From: Macrostomum lignano
Taxonomy: Eukaryota
NCBI GenBank assembly: GCA_002269645.1
Contig: NIVC01002509.1
Coordinates: 65,803 to 129,802 of the forward strand
Length of the DNA stretch: 64,000 nt
Reading direction: 5' to 3'
The position numbers and the translations under genes are program-made. Under the pieces are notes generated by a model. That model did not search any database. It had not been told where the DNA came from and worked only from the letters and a program-made list of their open reading frames with translations. Below are positions 1-11,634 of this stretch, piece by piece; within the stretch, counting starts at the first letter, position 1; each line of letters opens with the position of its first letter.

Positions 1-500
1 TTCAGTAATCCATGAGCAGCTTCCAGTCCAGATTCTATATCTTAGAGATTCAGTAATCCATGAGCAGCTTCCAGTCCAGATTCTATATCTTAGAGATTCA
101 GTAATCCATGAGCAGCTTCCAGTCCAGATTCTATATCTTAGAGATTCAGTAATCCATGAGCAGCTTCCAGTCCAGATTCTATATCTTAGAGATTCAGTAA
201 TCCATGAGCAGCTTCCAGTCCAGATTCTAAATCTTAGAGATTCAGTAATCCATGAGCAGCTTCCAGTCCAGATTCTATATCTTAGAGATTCAGTAATCCA
301 TGAGCAGCTTCCAGTCCAGATTCTTTATCTTAGAGATTCAGTAATCCATGAGCAGCTTCCAGTCCAGATTCTATATCTTAGAGATTCAGTAATCCATGAG
401 CAGCTTCCAGTCTAGATTCTTTATCTAAGAGATTCAGTAATCCATGAGCAGCTTCCAGTCCAGATTCTATATCTAAGAGATTTAATAATCCATGAGCAGC
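1..500. repeat. 48-bp minisatellite (TTCAGTAATCCATGAGCAGCTTCCAGTCCAGATTCTATATCTTAGAGA), about 10 copies, truncated by the window edge; intronic to the + strand gene
   Basis: Direct inspection shows period 48. The array ends about 45 nt before the AG acceptor at 543-544. Confidence 0.97.
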
Positions 501-544
501 GTTCAATCGTTTGAAATTGTGCGCACGTATTTAATTTGCTACAG

Positions 545-874
545 GAGCAACAGCAACCGCAACAGCAGCAGCAGCCGCCGCCGCGCCCTCCGCCGCCATC
601 GGTGCCGGCCTACAGCCAGCAGCAGCCGCAGCCGCAGCAGCCGCCAATGCCCGGCTACCCGATGTACCCGCCCTACTCCGGAGCTCCCGGTGGCGGCTAC
701 CCGCCAGCTTACCAGCCGCCAGCCCCGGGCTACCCGCCCGGCTATCCGCAGCAGCCGCCAATGCCCAGCTATCCAGGCTATCCCGGATATCCGGCTTACC
801 CCGGGGCTAATCCCTATCCGACTTATCCCGGCTACCCGGCCTATCCGGGCTATCCACAGCAGCCGCCGCGTTGA
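545..874 (+). CDS. Terminal coding exon of a gene with a Pro/Gln/Tyr-rich C-terminus; probably the ALIX/PDCD6IP-like proline-rich domain
   Basis: Acceptor ttaatttgctacag| at 544, phase 0, TGA at 872-874, AATAAA at 1092-1097. The peptide has PPPRPPPP followed later by PYPTYPGYPAY, resembling the PARPPPP and PPYPTYPGYPGY (ALG-2-binding) motifs of human ALIX. Low complexity makes the identity uncertain, and upstream exons are outside the window. Confidence 0.6.
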   Translation, partial: EQQQPQQQQQPPPRPPPPSVPAYSQQQPQPQQPPMPGYPMYPPYSGAPGGGYPPAYQPPAPGYPPGYPQQPPMPSYPGYPGYPAYPGANPYPTYPGYPAYPGYPQQPPR

Positions 875-2377
875 AAGAAAAACAGCAAAGCCGGAAACTT
901 TACTGTTTTTTTCAACTCTGTAGGGTTGCTTTGAATATTTTATTGACTAATATTGATTTTTCTAAGAAACTTCAAACTTGATCGATTTTTTGCTGCGGTG
1001 TTTTTAATTCCCATTTAAGGCTTTATAGAAAAAAAACTGAAGAAAGAACCAACTGTGGCTTTAGATAGCAGAAATGTACACACACAGAATTAATAAATAC
1101 CCTATGTATTTGTGTTATTTATTGACCCCCACCCCCTGTTTTGTTATTTTTCGCCCCGAGCAGTAGTAAGTAAGCTGTGAGACTATAAATAATTAAGCTC
1201 ATTGGTATAAACCATCAGCTAGAATGCGTCACCGAATGTTAACCTATTTTTTCATGCACTTGTCATTTATACAATTAGAAATTAAAAATCAATACGTTTC
1301 CCTACTCATACTGTTGTACTTTTCTCATTGCAAATCTTTAAGATTGTTTTTTTAAACCCCAGCATAAAAAATATTAAATTGCTGTCTAATTTACCATCAG
1401 ATTGTTTGTCCCTATAAACCTGCTAATGCTACTTACTCTATTTGTAACGTAAGTAGTAAGTAAACCTAGAAAATGACAGAAACTTTATATTTAAAAATTT
1501 CTGAAGCAAGTTTTTCAACAAGCCGATTATTTTCTTAATCGTTTAAAATTCAAAATATTGTCCATTTTTGTTATTCCAGTTTTCCAGATTCCAGAACAGA
1601 TGCCGCTTGGAGGTGTACAATTGTTAAACTTTCTGGTGTTCTCTCTCGTATGCATAAACTAATAGCTACGGCACTAAAATATTCAGATTTACCTTCAAAT
1701 AAATATTTATCTTTATGTTTATTTTACACTGCTATCCATCTTCGTTCTCTAAACGTTCACTATAGCCATCGTAAAGACGAAATGATTCTTTTGTTATTGT
1801 CTTCTCAGATTATTGTTTAATGCACTTATCCCAGTAGAAAGAAACCCAGACTCTACTAAAGTGCAATGCCTGCGTCTGAGGAAATGAAAAATTGCAGCTG
1901 AGCCTCCAGTTGATGAAGGTGAATAAGGACTGTGCAAAAAATTAAACAAATTTAATAACAAAGAAGAAATTTGTCTCCTGGTTGGATTAGTGCAAGCATT
2001 AACATCAATCTCGAGCTAGATAATAAATATATAATTAGACACGTTTATGTGCGGGCGATATATATAGTAATAAAATAATTTACTATTAATCCTCAGAGCT
2101 AAAAATATTGTATTGAAAAACACATTTGCTTGAAAACTAATAACTTTTTACTGCTTTCAAACCGGCATAAACGGTCAAAAGACCACGGTTGCTTGTTAGT
2201 AGTATATACAGAATTATTTTCATGTAACGGACATATCTGCTTCACAAACGAAATTCAGAAGTCCTGGATTAACTAATAAATTAACTTGATAAAAATCAAT
2301 ACATTCATTGTCAAATTAGCATGGTCTTTAACTGTTATGCCGTGAAAGCTGTCCGGACTGTCCAGAATTTTTTAGTC

Positions 2378-2610
2378 ATTTCTTCAGTTTATCTTTCGCT
2401 TGTCTCTGGTTTCTCTTACGACTCTTCCTCTGTCTTGTTAACTCATATCTCTCTCCTTTGCTGCCTTTTGATTGGCTCTTCAATCTCGCCTCTTTCCTCT
2501 ACTGCGTTGAAAGAGCCAATAAGAAGGCAGCAAAGGAGAGAGATAAGAATAAGACTGAACCAGACAGAGGGAGAGAAAAACACAGACGAGGACAGATGAA
2601 CTCAAGAAAT
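2378..2610. other. Long imperfect inverted repeat: arms about 105 bp, 23-nt loop (2484-2506)
   Basis: 2446-2483 is the near-perfect reverse complement of 2507-2545. Pairing continues outward with mismatches and indels to 2378/2610. Confidence 0.85.
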
Positions 2611-3455
2611 AAAAAGATTCGCGGCGTATACAACAAAAACTACTCAAGAAAATAGTTTTGCCTATAGCGATGGAATGGAAAAATTGAAAAAAAAACTTTA
2701 GATACAAACGATTCGTTAAAAAACAACGCAAAAACAAAAAAAACTGCAGGAAAATAAAAAGTTCGCACATGTACTTTTGTTAAACGCAAAAAAGTTCAAA
2801 TCTGAATAAGAAACTTGTCGAACAAAAACAACATTCAGCAAAGTGTTACTATAATGTGACGTTTGAAGTGTCTGAACAATTCACTGAAGCATTCGGGTCA
2901 GTGTAGAGGCAGAGAATAACAAACAATTTGAAGCTAATTTTTTATATAAAATTGAAATAACTTCGACCTTAACTGGGATATCACAATGCAACCAAATGGG
3001 AACGCTAGCCATTATTAAATCAGACTAGAACCAGTGCACCTATGCTAAATTCAAGTCAATCCTATCATTAAAATGAAAATCTGCAAACATCGACTATCAT
3101 TTGCTTTACTTACGTATTTGAAACTAACATATTACATATATATAACGTTAAGTTTAACTGGTGTAAATTGCAAATAGTAATTATAATTTAAATTAATTAT
3201 AATAGTGTAACACTATAATAAATACATTAATTTAAACAACAATTAAAGAAATTATAATGGTTAATACACAACACTACGAGTATTAGACGCAGCTGACATT
3301 ATATAATGATTAATACAAAAAACCTACTTTAGTTGTAATAAGAGACGCGCGTTATGAGCCAAAGGTGCTAATGACCCTCCTGTCAATTGGCACCCAGCTA
3401 AGGACCTGGGAACCACGCTGTTAATTGTTCCTCTGTAAACTGTTTTACAAGTAGA

Positions 3456-4075
3456 TATACCCTGGCATCCCTCTAGATACCCTGGCATCCCTCTAGATAC
3501 CCTGACATCCCTCTAGATACCCTGACATCCCTCTAGATACCCTGGCATCCCTCTAGATACCCTGACATCCCTCTAGATACCCTGACATCCCTCTAGATAC
3601 TCTGACATCCCTCTAGATACTCTGAAATCCCTCTAGATACCCTGACATCCCTCTAGATACCCTGACATCTCTCTAGATACCATGACATCCCTCTAGATAC
3701 CCTGACATCCCTCTAGATACTCTGACATCTCTCTAGATACCATGACATCCCTCTAGATACCCTGACATCCCTCTAGATACTCTGACATCTCTCTAGATAC
3801 CCTGAAATCCCTCTAGATACCCTGACATCCCTCTAGATACTCTGACATCCCTCTAGATACTCTGACATCCCTCTAGATACCCTGACATCCCTCTAGATAC
3901 CCTGACATCCCTCTAGATACTCTGACATCTCTCTAGATACCCTGAAATCCCTCTAGATACCCTGACATCCCTCTAGATACTCTGACATCCCTCTAGATAC
4001 CCTGACATCCCTCTAGATACCCTGACATCCCTCTAGATACTCTGACATCCCTCTAGATACCCCAGCATCCCTCTA
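3456..4075. repeat. 20-bp minisatellite (CTCTAGATACCCTGACATCC), about 30 copies
   Basis: Direct inspection; period 20. Confidence 0.97.
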
Positions 4076-4251
4076 CGATACATAAAAATCCTAGATAACT
4101 GGAAGCTCTGGCAAAGACCCAGCTACATTTCTAATAGCTGCAGAAAGCAGATCATTCTATCCAGACGAAACCTAATCATTAATCGAATGACGCAACGTTA
4201 ATCAACAAAAACGAGTTCAGCAAACACTTTAAATGTCCAATTCAATCCAAA

Positions 4252-4932
4252 TCACTCTCGCTTGTTAGCGCCAGCGGCCTGCTCGGCTCTCTCCTTGGTA
4301 TCCAAGGCGGCCATGTTGACGCTGGCAACGTAGAGATGCACAGCGCTAATAGCGCTTTTAACCGCCGCCACGGGAAAGGTGAGAACGGCTAGCGTTGGCA
4401 CGAGGCCAAAGCCTAGCAGTATTGGTCCCCTAGTGAAGTGCATCAGGTACAGAGCAGCATAGAACAGCTCATTACCGGCGCACATGCAGAATAGCACAAC
4501 CCGACTATTGTAATAATAATATAGAATCGGATTAGAGCTCAAATCCACCGCCTTATGACTCTGAGCACCGCGCACAATAGACGAATGCAGATGCAGCCAA
4601 TGGCTGGCAATGTCCAGTGCGGCGCTCAATTGAAATGCCAGCATATATCTGGGATAGAACTGGGCTAGCACGAATAGCAGGCACATTGTGGCGCACCTGT
4701 CAGTCAGCATGTCCAGCATAGCGCCGAATTTAGTAGACTGATTCAGCAGTCTGGCCGCGTGGCCATCGAATGCGTCTAGCAGGCCGGATAGCAGATAGGC
4801 CCACGTGGCCCTCACGTGGTCGAATGGCATGTAATAGCAGGCCAGTATGGCTAACAGGATTCTGGCGTAGCCAATCAGATTGGGCACGAATAGGAATACA
4901 TTCTGTTCCGAATAGTTTGACGAGCTTAGCAT
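4252..4932 (-). CDS. CDIPT: CDP-diacylglycerol--inositol 3-phosphatidyltransferase (phosphatidylinositol synthase), 226 aa, uninterrupted CDS
   Basis: N-terminal NVFLFVPNLIGYARI, the CDP-alcohol phosphotransferase motif DAFDGHAARLLNQSTKFGAMLDMLTD, and the ASHWLH and FCMCAGNELFY motifs typical of PIS. Confidence 0.96.
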   Translation of the reverse strand: MLSSSNYSEQNVFLFVPNLIGYARILLAILACYYMPFDHVRATWAYLLSGLLDAFDGHAARLLNQSTKFGAMLDMLTDRCATMCLLFVLAQFYPRYMLAFQLSAALDIASHWLHLHSSIVRGAQSHKAVDLSSNPILYYYYNSRVVLFCMCAGNELFYAALYLMHFTRGPILLGFGLVPTLAVLTFPVAAVKSAISAVHLYVASVNMAALDTKERAEQAAGANKRE

Positions 4933-4955
4933 GGTTACAGTTGGTTGATTGCAAG

Positions 4956-4975
4956 CTGAAGTATGCCGTTAGGTA
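4956..4975 (-). promoter_or_regulatory. Branch point plus 3' splice acceptor (CTAAC...TACTTCAG|) 23 nt upstream of the PIS ATG; cis 5'-UTR intron or SL trans-splice acceptor
   Basis: The minus strand reads acctaacggcatacttcag|cttgcaatcaaccaactgtaaccATG. Confidence 0.6.
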
Positions 4976-5059
4976 ATGAGTTTGCGCCTGATGCACTGCA
5001 TTTTACTGCTAATCACTCAGATTTCTACTATTTGTAGCGATTCGATATCCATCTTTTTG

Positions 5060-5530
5060 GTCTGTTGTGGATTCTTCTATCTTTTGTGGATTCTTGTTGG
5101 GCTGTTGTGGATTTTTGTTGGTCTAATGTGGATTCTTATCTATCTGTTGTGGATTCTTGTTGGTCTGCTGTGAGTTTTTGTATAGCGGATTCTTGTTGGT
5201 CAGTTGTGGATTCTTATTGGTCTGTTGTGGATTCTTATCAATCTGTTGTGGATTCTTGTTGGTCTGTTGTTGATTCTTATCAATCCGTTGTGGGTTCTTG
5301 TTGGTCTGTTGTGGATAACTGCTGTGGATTTTTGCTAATCCGTTGTGAATTATTGTTTATCTGTTGTGGATTCTTGTTTATCTGTAGCAGATTCTTGTTG
5401 GTCTGTTGTGGAATCTTGTTTATCGGTCTGTTGTGGATTCTTGTTGGCCGGTCTGTTGTGGAATCTTGTTTATCTGTTGTGCATTTTTTCTCCTTTCTTG
5501 GTGGTCTTTTGTTGAATCTGACGTTCTGTT
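5060..5530. repeat. Degenerate minisatellite, about 21-bp unit (CTGTTGTGGATTCTTGTTGGT-like)
   Basis: Recurrent ctgttgtggattctt motif; accounts for ORFs 4976-5173, 5065-5625 and 5280-5609. Confidence 0.9.
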
Positions 5531-6040
5531 GTGACATTTGTGGCTTGTATTTCCAAAGCTCATCTCTAAACAAAAGTAAAGTAATGCGACTTACAAAAAA
5601 ATCAGACATTCTGCAACAGTTTTAAAAGTATATATATCTCGTACTTTCTTATTCAAAAAGTTTGCAAGGCATTTTCCACTGCCGCTGTCACAGGAGGGCC
5701 CGCACGAACAAAGAAAACGTGTTGCAATATCACGGATATGGACGAACAGCAGAAATTAATTGCGTCAAATTTTTTGTCAAATTAGATGCTCCCCAAAAAA
5801 CAGAATGCTCGAAGAAACTTCTTTGAGTCGGAAGCAAATAAAAGTCTCTACTTGCTACTCACAGTAAGAAACAAATGCAGCAATTGTCAAATTAAACTAT
5901 AAATAAATTTTACATTGTGAACATATTCGACTACATTGCAGCATTTTGAAGACAAGTAAAAGAGTGAATACATATCGCAGTACGCACAGACACGCGCACC
6001 AAGTCCCGAGACTACAACTCATTAGTTCATGCCAAGTTCC

Positions 6041-9000
6041 TTATGCGATTTGCATTATCAGAGGACGCCACGGCCTGAAAACAGGGAGGATGAAAGTAAA
6101 GCCATTATTTATTAATAAAAAAATCAAACATTTGGATGACAGAGAAAAAAATTATAAAGAATGGGCAATTAATAGAAGTAGAAAGTTTTATATGGAGTCT
6201 TTTTTGCCGATATGTAGCGCAATAAAGTATTTTACGCCAAAATACAGATTTTTTGGGTTGAAAGAATGACAGACGCAAGGCACAGATTTAGAACGGGATG
6301 ACAGACTGAATCAAGCCCATTTCATAGCACACCTGGAACTCACAGAGCTCATATCCTAGCACACCTGGAACTCACAGAGCTCATATCCTAGCACACCTGG
6401 AACTCACAGAGCTCATATCCTAGCACACCTGGAACTCACAGAGCTCATATCCTAGCACACCTGGAACTCACAGAGCTCATATCCTAGCACACCTGGAACT
6501 CACAGAGCTCATATCCTAGCACACCTGGAACTCACAGAGCTCATATCCTAGCACACCTGGAACTCACAGAGCTCATATCCTAGCACACCTGGAACTCACA
6601 GAGCTCATATCCTAGCACACCTGGAACTCACAGAGCTCATATCCTAGCACACCTGGAACTCACAGAGCTCATATCCTAGCACACCTGGAACTCACAGAGC
6701 TCATATCCTAGCACACCTGGAACTCACAGAGCTCATATCCTAGCACACCTGGAACTCACATAGCTCATATCCTAGCACACCTGGAACTCACAGAGCTCAT
6801 ATCCTAGCACACCTGGAACTCACAGAGCTCATATCCTAGCACACCTGGAAATTTGTGCACAGCAAAACCAGTTGAATTTGTGACAGCAATTAAAAGTAAC
6901 TGGAAACTTAAAAGGCAAAGGATGCACCGAAGACGGATAGAAAGAAGTCACTGTCTAATTGAAAATCTAATAGAGAAAAACAGTTACCTGTTGCTGGTGT
7001 GCAAAAGTGCGTCTAAACTGGTTTGGGGTGACTTGGCATTTATTTTCAACGAAGCGTTGAATAGAGATGAGTAACTATAATAGACAAAACGTATCTACTA
7101 GTTGGTTTCTTAGCATTCAACTCTTAACGATATGAGCGGACACTGAAAGCATGGGTTAATTAATAATGTTATTGGATTAAGAAAGCACCGAAACTCAACA
7201 ATTATATTATTAGTTAGTACTATTAGTAGCTACGAGCATAAAAGCAAAACAAAAAAAACAGTAAGTTTGATTAATTTTCCATTAAACTTTTCAGTCTAAA
7301 CCAAAGATACTAAAATAACAAAAATATTTGCGTGTAAGCTACTTTCAGTTCAGTAGAAAGCTTACGAAAAGTAAGCATTTTAATGTATTTTTATAGCCAA
7401 AAGGCTCATTTATTGGCTCTTACCCCCCCCCCCGCTTCGCCCAAATTTTATTGCCTTTCTCAGAATTCCAACCTAAAGTTGCCATGTACATTTCAGTGGA
7501 CTGGCTAATGTAGATTATTGTTGTTTAGCGAGTTGTTTACGCCTGCAAGCTTGGGCTTCTAAACTTGTTAAAGTCATTGCAGCTGCCTTTATTTCTATAG
7601 AATAGCTTATGTATTCTTTTTTGCTACTGAACAGAAAGTAGAAAGCAGTTTTACTAAGTAAGTGGTCCATCTAGTTATTTTAGTATCTGTGGTCTAAACT
7701 ATTTCTGTTCAAATTTGGCAATCTTTAAAAATATATTATAATCAGCTTACTAACAGTAGGCGGTACGTAAATCAAATGATTAATAAACATTTAAAAACTA
7801 ATTGTGCCAACAAAACAGCATCAAATAAAATGCAACAGCTATGAAAAGCACTTACCGAGAATGCTCAAAGGCATAATCAGCTTCATTAAAGGAAGCTGTG
7901 ACGCAATTCGACCAACGATCCAATACCAGTCCAACAGATAAATGACTCAAATCAAAATAAGAAGTAGAATGAAACAGTATGTTCATGTACACCACTATGT
8001 ATTCGGAGGCGGCAAAATAGGTGTACACTGAAATTTTTGCAGAAAAATAAATGCCTTTGTTGACACTAAAAATTTATCTAAAACGATTTTAGTTTTAAAA
8101 ACTCATAATAAATCCGCTTACTAAGCCGTTCGCACAGCGCCTGATGTCGCATATAAAAGTACACAGCCAGAGCCGTGCTCAGACAGTAAACGCCAAAGCT
8201 GATCAACTTGATATAAAACGACTGCGGACATGAATTCGTGACAAATTTGATATATTTAGGCTTAGTCTGTTGACAGCAACTGTGAAATCCAAATTGCTTT
8301 TCTCTTATCTACCCTCTGCCTGTCTCTCCCCTACCCTCTGCCTGTCTCTCCCCTACCCTCTGCCTGTCTCTCCCCTACCCTCTGCCTGTCTCTCCCCTAC
8401 CCTCTGCCTGTCTCTCCCCTACCCTCTGCCTGTCTCTCCCCTACCCTCTGCCTGTCTCTCCCCTACCCTCTGCCTGTCTCTCCCCTACCCTCTGCCTGTC
8501 TCTCCCCTACCCTCTGCCTGTCTCTCCCCTACCCTCTGCCTGTCTCTCCCCTACCCTCTGCCTGTCTCTCCCCTACCCTCTGCCTATCTCTTCCCTACCA
8601 TCCGCCTGTCTCTATTTCACCCGCTGCCTGGGCTACAAAAGTACAATTAGCACGCGGCCGAAGCACGCAGACGCACTCGAGTGGAAATCAGCTGTCGATC
8701 TGTCAGCTTCTGTCGACTCCGCAGTCGGCAGCAGACTCTCAAGTGCAGCAGCATGTACACAGATGAAGATATCAGGAATATGGCGAAACAGTTGCGATGG
8801 ATGGCTGAAATGAGCATGTGGCAGGAGAATAGTTAATCCGAGGTACTGCCGAAAGGACTGAAGCTTAAGGACCTCAATTGGGGCAGCACTATGGCTAGTG
8901 AGCACCAAAGGACACACACGGGCAACAAAGGACACACACCGTTGCTTCTAACGGACACATGGCTTATCTCCAAAGGACACACAGAGGCCATCAATAGACA

Positions 9001-11437
9001 CATTCAAAAGCCATCAATAGACGCATTCAGAAGCCATCAATAGACACCTGCAGAGGCCATCAAAAGACACCTGCAGAGGCCATCAAAAGACACCTGCAGA
9101 GGCCATCAAAAGACACCTGCAGAGGCCATCAAAAGACACCTGCAGAGGCCATCAAAAGACACATGCAGAGGCCATCAAAAGACACTTGCAGAGGCCATCA
9201 AAAGACACCTGCAGAGGCCATCAAAAGACACATGCAGAGGCCATCAAAAGACACTTGCAGAGGCCATCAAAAGACACCTGCAGAGGCCATCAAAAGACAC
9301 TTGCAGAGGCCATCAAAAGACACATGCAGAGGCCATCAAAAGACACTTGCAGAGGCCATCAAAAGACACCTGCAGAGGCCATCAAAAGACACTTGCAGAG
9401 GCCATCAAAAGACACCTGCAGAGGCCATCAAAAGACACATGCAGAGGCCATCAAAAGACACTTGCAGAGGCCATCAAAAGACACCTGCAGAGGCCATCGA
9501 AAGACACTTGCAGAGGCCATCAAAAGACACATGCAGAGGCCATCAAAAGACACTTGCAGAGGCCATCAAAAGACACCTGCAGAGGCCATCAAAAGACACT
9601 TGCAGAGGCCATCAAAAGACACTTGCAGAGGCCATCAAAAGACACCTGCAGAGGCCATCAAAAGACACTTGCAGAGGCCATCAAAAGACACATGCAGAGG
9701 CCATCAAAAGACACCTGCAGAGGCCATCAAAAGACACCTGCAGAGGCCATCAAAAGACACTTGCAGAGGCCATCAAAAGACACTTGCAGAGGCCATCAAA
9801 AGACACATGCAGAGGCCATCAAAAGACACATGCAGAGGCCATCAAAAGACACTTGCAGAGGCCATCAAAAGACACTTGCAGAGGCCATCAAAAGACACAT
9901 GCAGAGGCCATCAAAAGACACCTGTAGAGGACACAAGGACACCAAGTTATGAAACTCACGAAAATTATCAGACGAAGACACAACAGACAGGCCGAACAGA
10001 GCGGCCAATTCCAAGCAGTTGACAGCAAAATGACCGCCAGTCAAACAGCAGTCCTGGTCGCGCCGGAGGCGGCCGCGAATTTCCTGATAATAGGCCATGG
10101 CCAGGATGAGTCGAAGGGCGCAGCTAACGGTGAGGAACAGGGACCAGATCTGCTTCTCGGGGCTGGTCTCACCGACTGCAGCGCTGATTGATGGCAGGTA
10201 ATTGGCGGTCTGTAATAGGCAATAATCAGTCAGCTGCGATAGTAGATAGATATGCAATCAACGATAGCTTATTAAGTTATTACATATGAAAACTGCGACA
10301 TGTCAAATAGCAAAAAACGGCATATCTAAGATTATTTAAATATCGATATTAATCATCTACAGATAGATTATTCTTTACTGACTGATAATCAGCTACTTAT
10401 CGATAATCAGCTACCTACCGATAATAATCTACGTATCGATAATTGGCTTTATATCGATGATCAGCAACATGTCGATAATTATATACACATAAGTAATTAG
10501 CTACATATTGATTATCGATTCATTTTCGAAAAATTTTACACATTGATCAGCTACATATAGATTATCAGCTACATATCGATTATCAGCTACATATCGATTA
10601 TCAGCTACATATCGATTATCAGCTACACATTGATTATCAGCTACATATTGATTATCAGCTACATATTGATTATCAGCTACATATTGATTATCAGCTACAT
10701 ATTGATTATCAGCTACATATTGATTATCAGCTACATATCGATTATCAGCTACATATTGATTATCAGCTACATATTGATTATCAGCTACATATAGATTATC
10801 AGCTACATATTGATTATCAGCTACATATAGATTATCAGCTACATATTGATTATCAGCTACATATTGATTATCAGCTACATATTGATTATCAGCTACATAT
10901 AGATTATCAGCTACATATTGATTATCAGCTACATATAGATTATCAGCTACATATTGATTATCAGCTACATATTGATTATCAGCTACATATTGATTATCAG
11001 CTACATATTGATTATCAGCTACATATTGATTATCAGCTACATATAGATTATCAGCTACATATAGATTATCAGCTACATATAGATTATCAGCTACATATTG
11101 ATTATCAGCTACATATTGATTATCAGCTACATATTGATTATCAGCTACATATAGATTATCAGCTACATATAGATTATCAGCTACATTAATATTAAGTGTA
11201 AAAATAAATTTGGCACAGAAACCCTACAATAATCGGCTAAAGTTTTAACAAAGTTAAAAAGCATACAACTACGGCTCTCCTAACCAACTGACAGTCAATA
11301 GAAATAAATCTCACCTGACAGTGCGTGGCCAAACTGTGATCCGAGTGATAAGCAACCGAGTAGGTGACACAGATTGCCAAAGCCGATGCGGGCAGAACAA
11401 CTGATAGAGCTGATACTTGGCTAACACTGTACGACAT
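6041..11437 (-). CDS. PGAP2: Post-GPI attachment to proteins factor 2 (Frag1/DRAM/Sfk1 family), 268 aa, 6 coding exons: 11437-11315, 10209-9960, 8804-8677, 8221-8122, 8027-7856, 6074-6041
   Basis: All junctions are GT-AG with consistent phases (0,1,0,1,2); total 807 nt. The spliced protein contains ATHCQ|TANYLPSISAAVG, VNCLELAALFGLSVVSSSDNF|PIHRNCFAIFL, AVYFYMRHQALCERL|MYTYFAASEYIVVYMNILFH, colinear with the PGAP2 motifs (ATHCxVxNYLPSvSxAIG; VSSSEdfxIHEnaF; YfRHNxYCE; FAxxEYxVVxxNxxFH). The last short exon is the least certain. Confidence 0.92.
6325..6851. repeat. 32-bp minisatellite (TAGCACACCTGGAACTCACAGAGCTCATATCC), about 16 nearly identical copies, PGAP2 intron 5
   Basis: Direct inspection. 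Confidence 0.97.
8306..8610. repeat. 22-bp pyrimidine-rich minisatellite (ACCCTCTGCCTGTCTCTCCCCT), about 13 copies, PGAP2 intron 3
   Basis: Direct inspection; explains ORF 8270-8650. Confidence 0.96.
8985..9930. repeat. 23-bp minisatellite (GCAGAGGCCATCAAAAGACAC[C/T/A]T), about 40 copies, PGAP2 intron 2
   Basis: Direct inspection; explains the three overlapping QRPSKDTCRGH ORFs. Confidence 0.97.
10545..11187. repeat. 18-bp minisatellite (GATTATCAGCTACATAT[T/C/A]), about 35 copies, PGAP2 intron 1
   Basis: Direct inspection; degenerate copies extend leftward to about 10380. Confidence 0.96.
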
Positions 11438-11634
11438 TTTTCAATTATTTATCCAATGCTTTTCAATGCCTAACAGTAATATAATAGAATTTGCGTCTTC
11501 GAGAAGCGAACGCAACTGAGGCATGAAAGCATGAAAATTAATTAAAAAATGGATGGTTACTTGCTAGGCTCATTCAGAACCTGTTTTGGAATTATCATTA
11601 GATAAGACCTTTAATAAAAGTGCACATTCAGAGT

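Noticed and set aside
1765-1785. CGTAAAGACG resembling the start of the Macrostomum spliced leader as I recall it
   Set aside because: Only about 10 nt match, with no donor site or Sm-binding site following.
2321-2770. Overlapping ORFs of 65-96 aa
   Set aside because: By-products of the pyrimidine/purine arms of the inverted repeat; no recognisable motifs or splice context.
6855-6905. Possible PGAP2 micro-exon (tttccag|...ttccag|GTGTGC)
   Set aside because: Inclusion in the required phase 2 introduces an immediate stop, and the donor is simply the first unit of the 32-bp array.
6325-9930. CAG|GT (recursive-splice-like) motifs in the sense strand of two PGAP2 intronic arrays
   Set aside because: A 5-mer in two units is expected by chance, and the motifs lack polypyrimidine tracts and strong donor extensions.
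8270-9952. Long ORFs (PSACLSPT..., QRPSKDTCRGH...)
   Set aside because: Translations of 22- and 23-bp intronic minisatellites, open in several frames; they lie inside well-defined PGAP2 introns.
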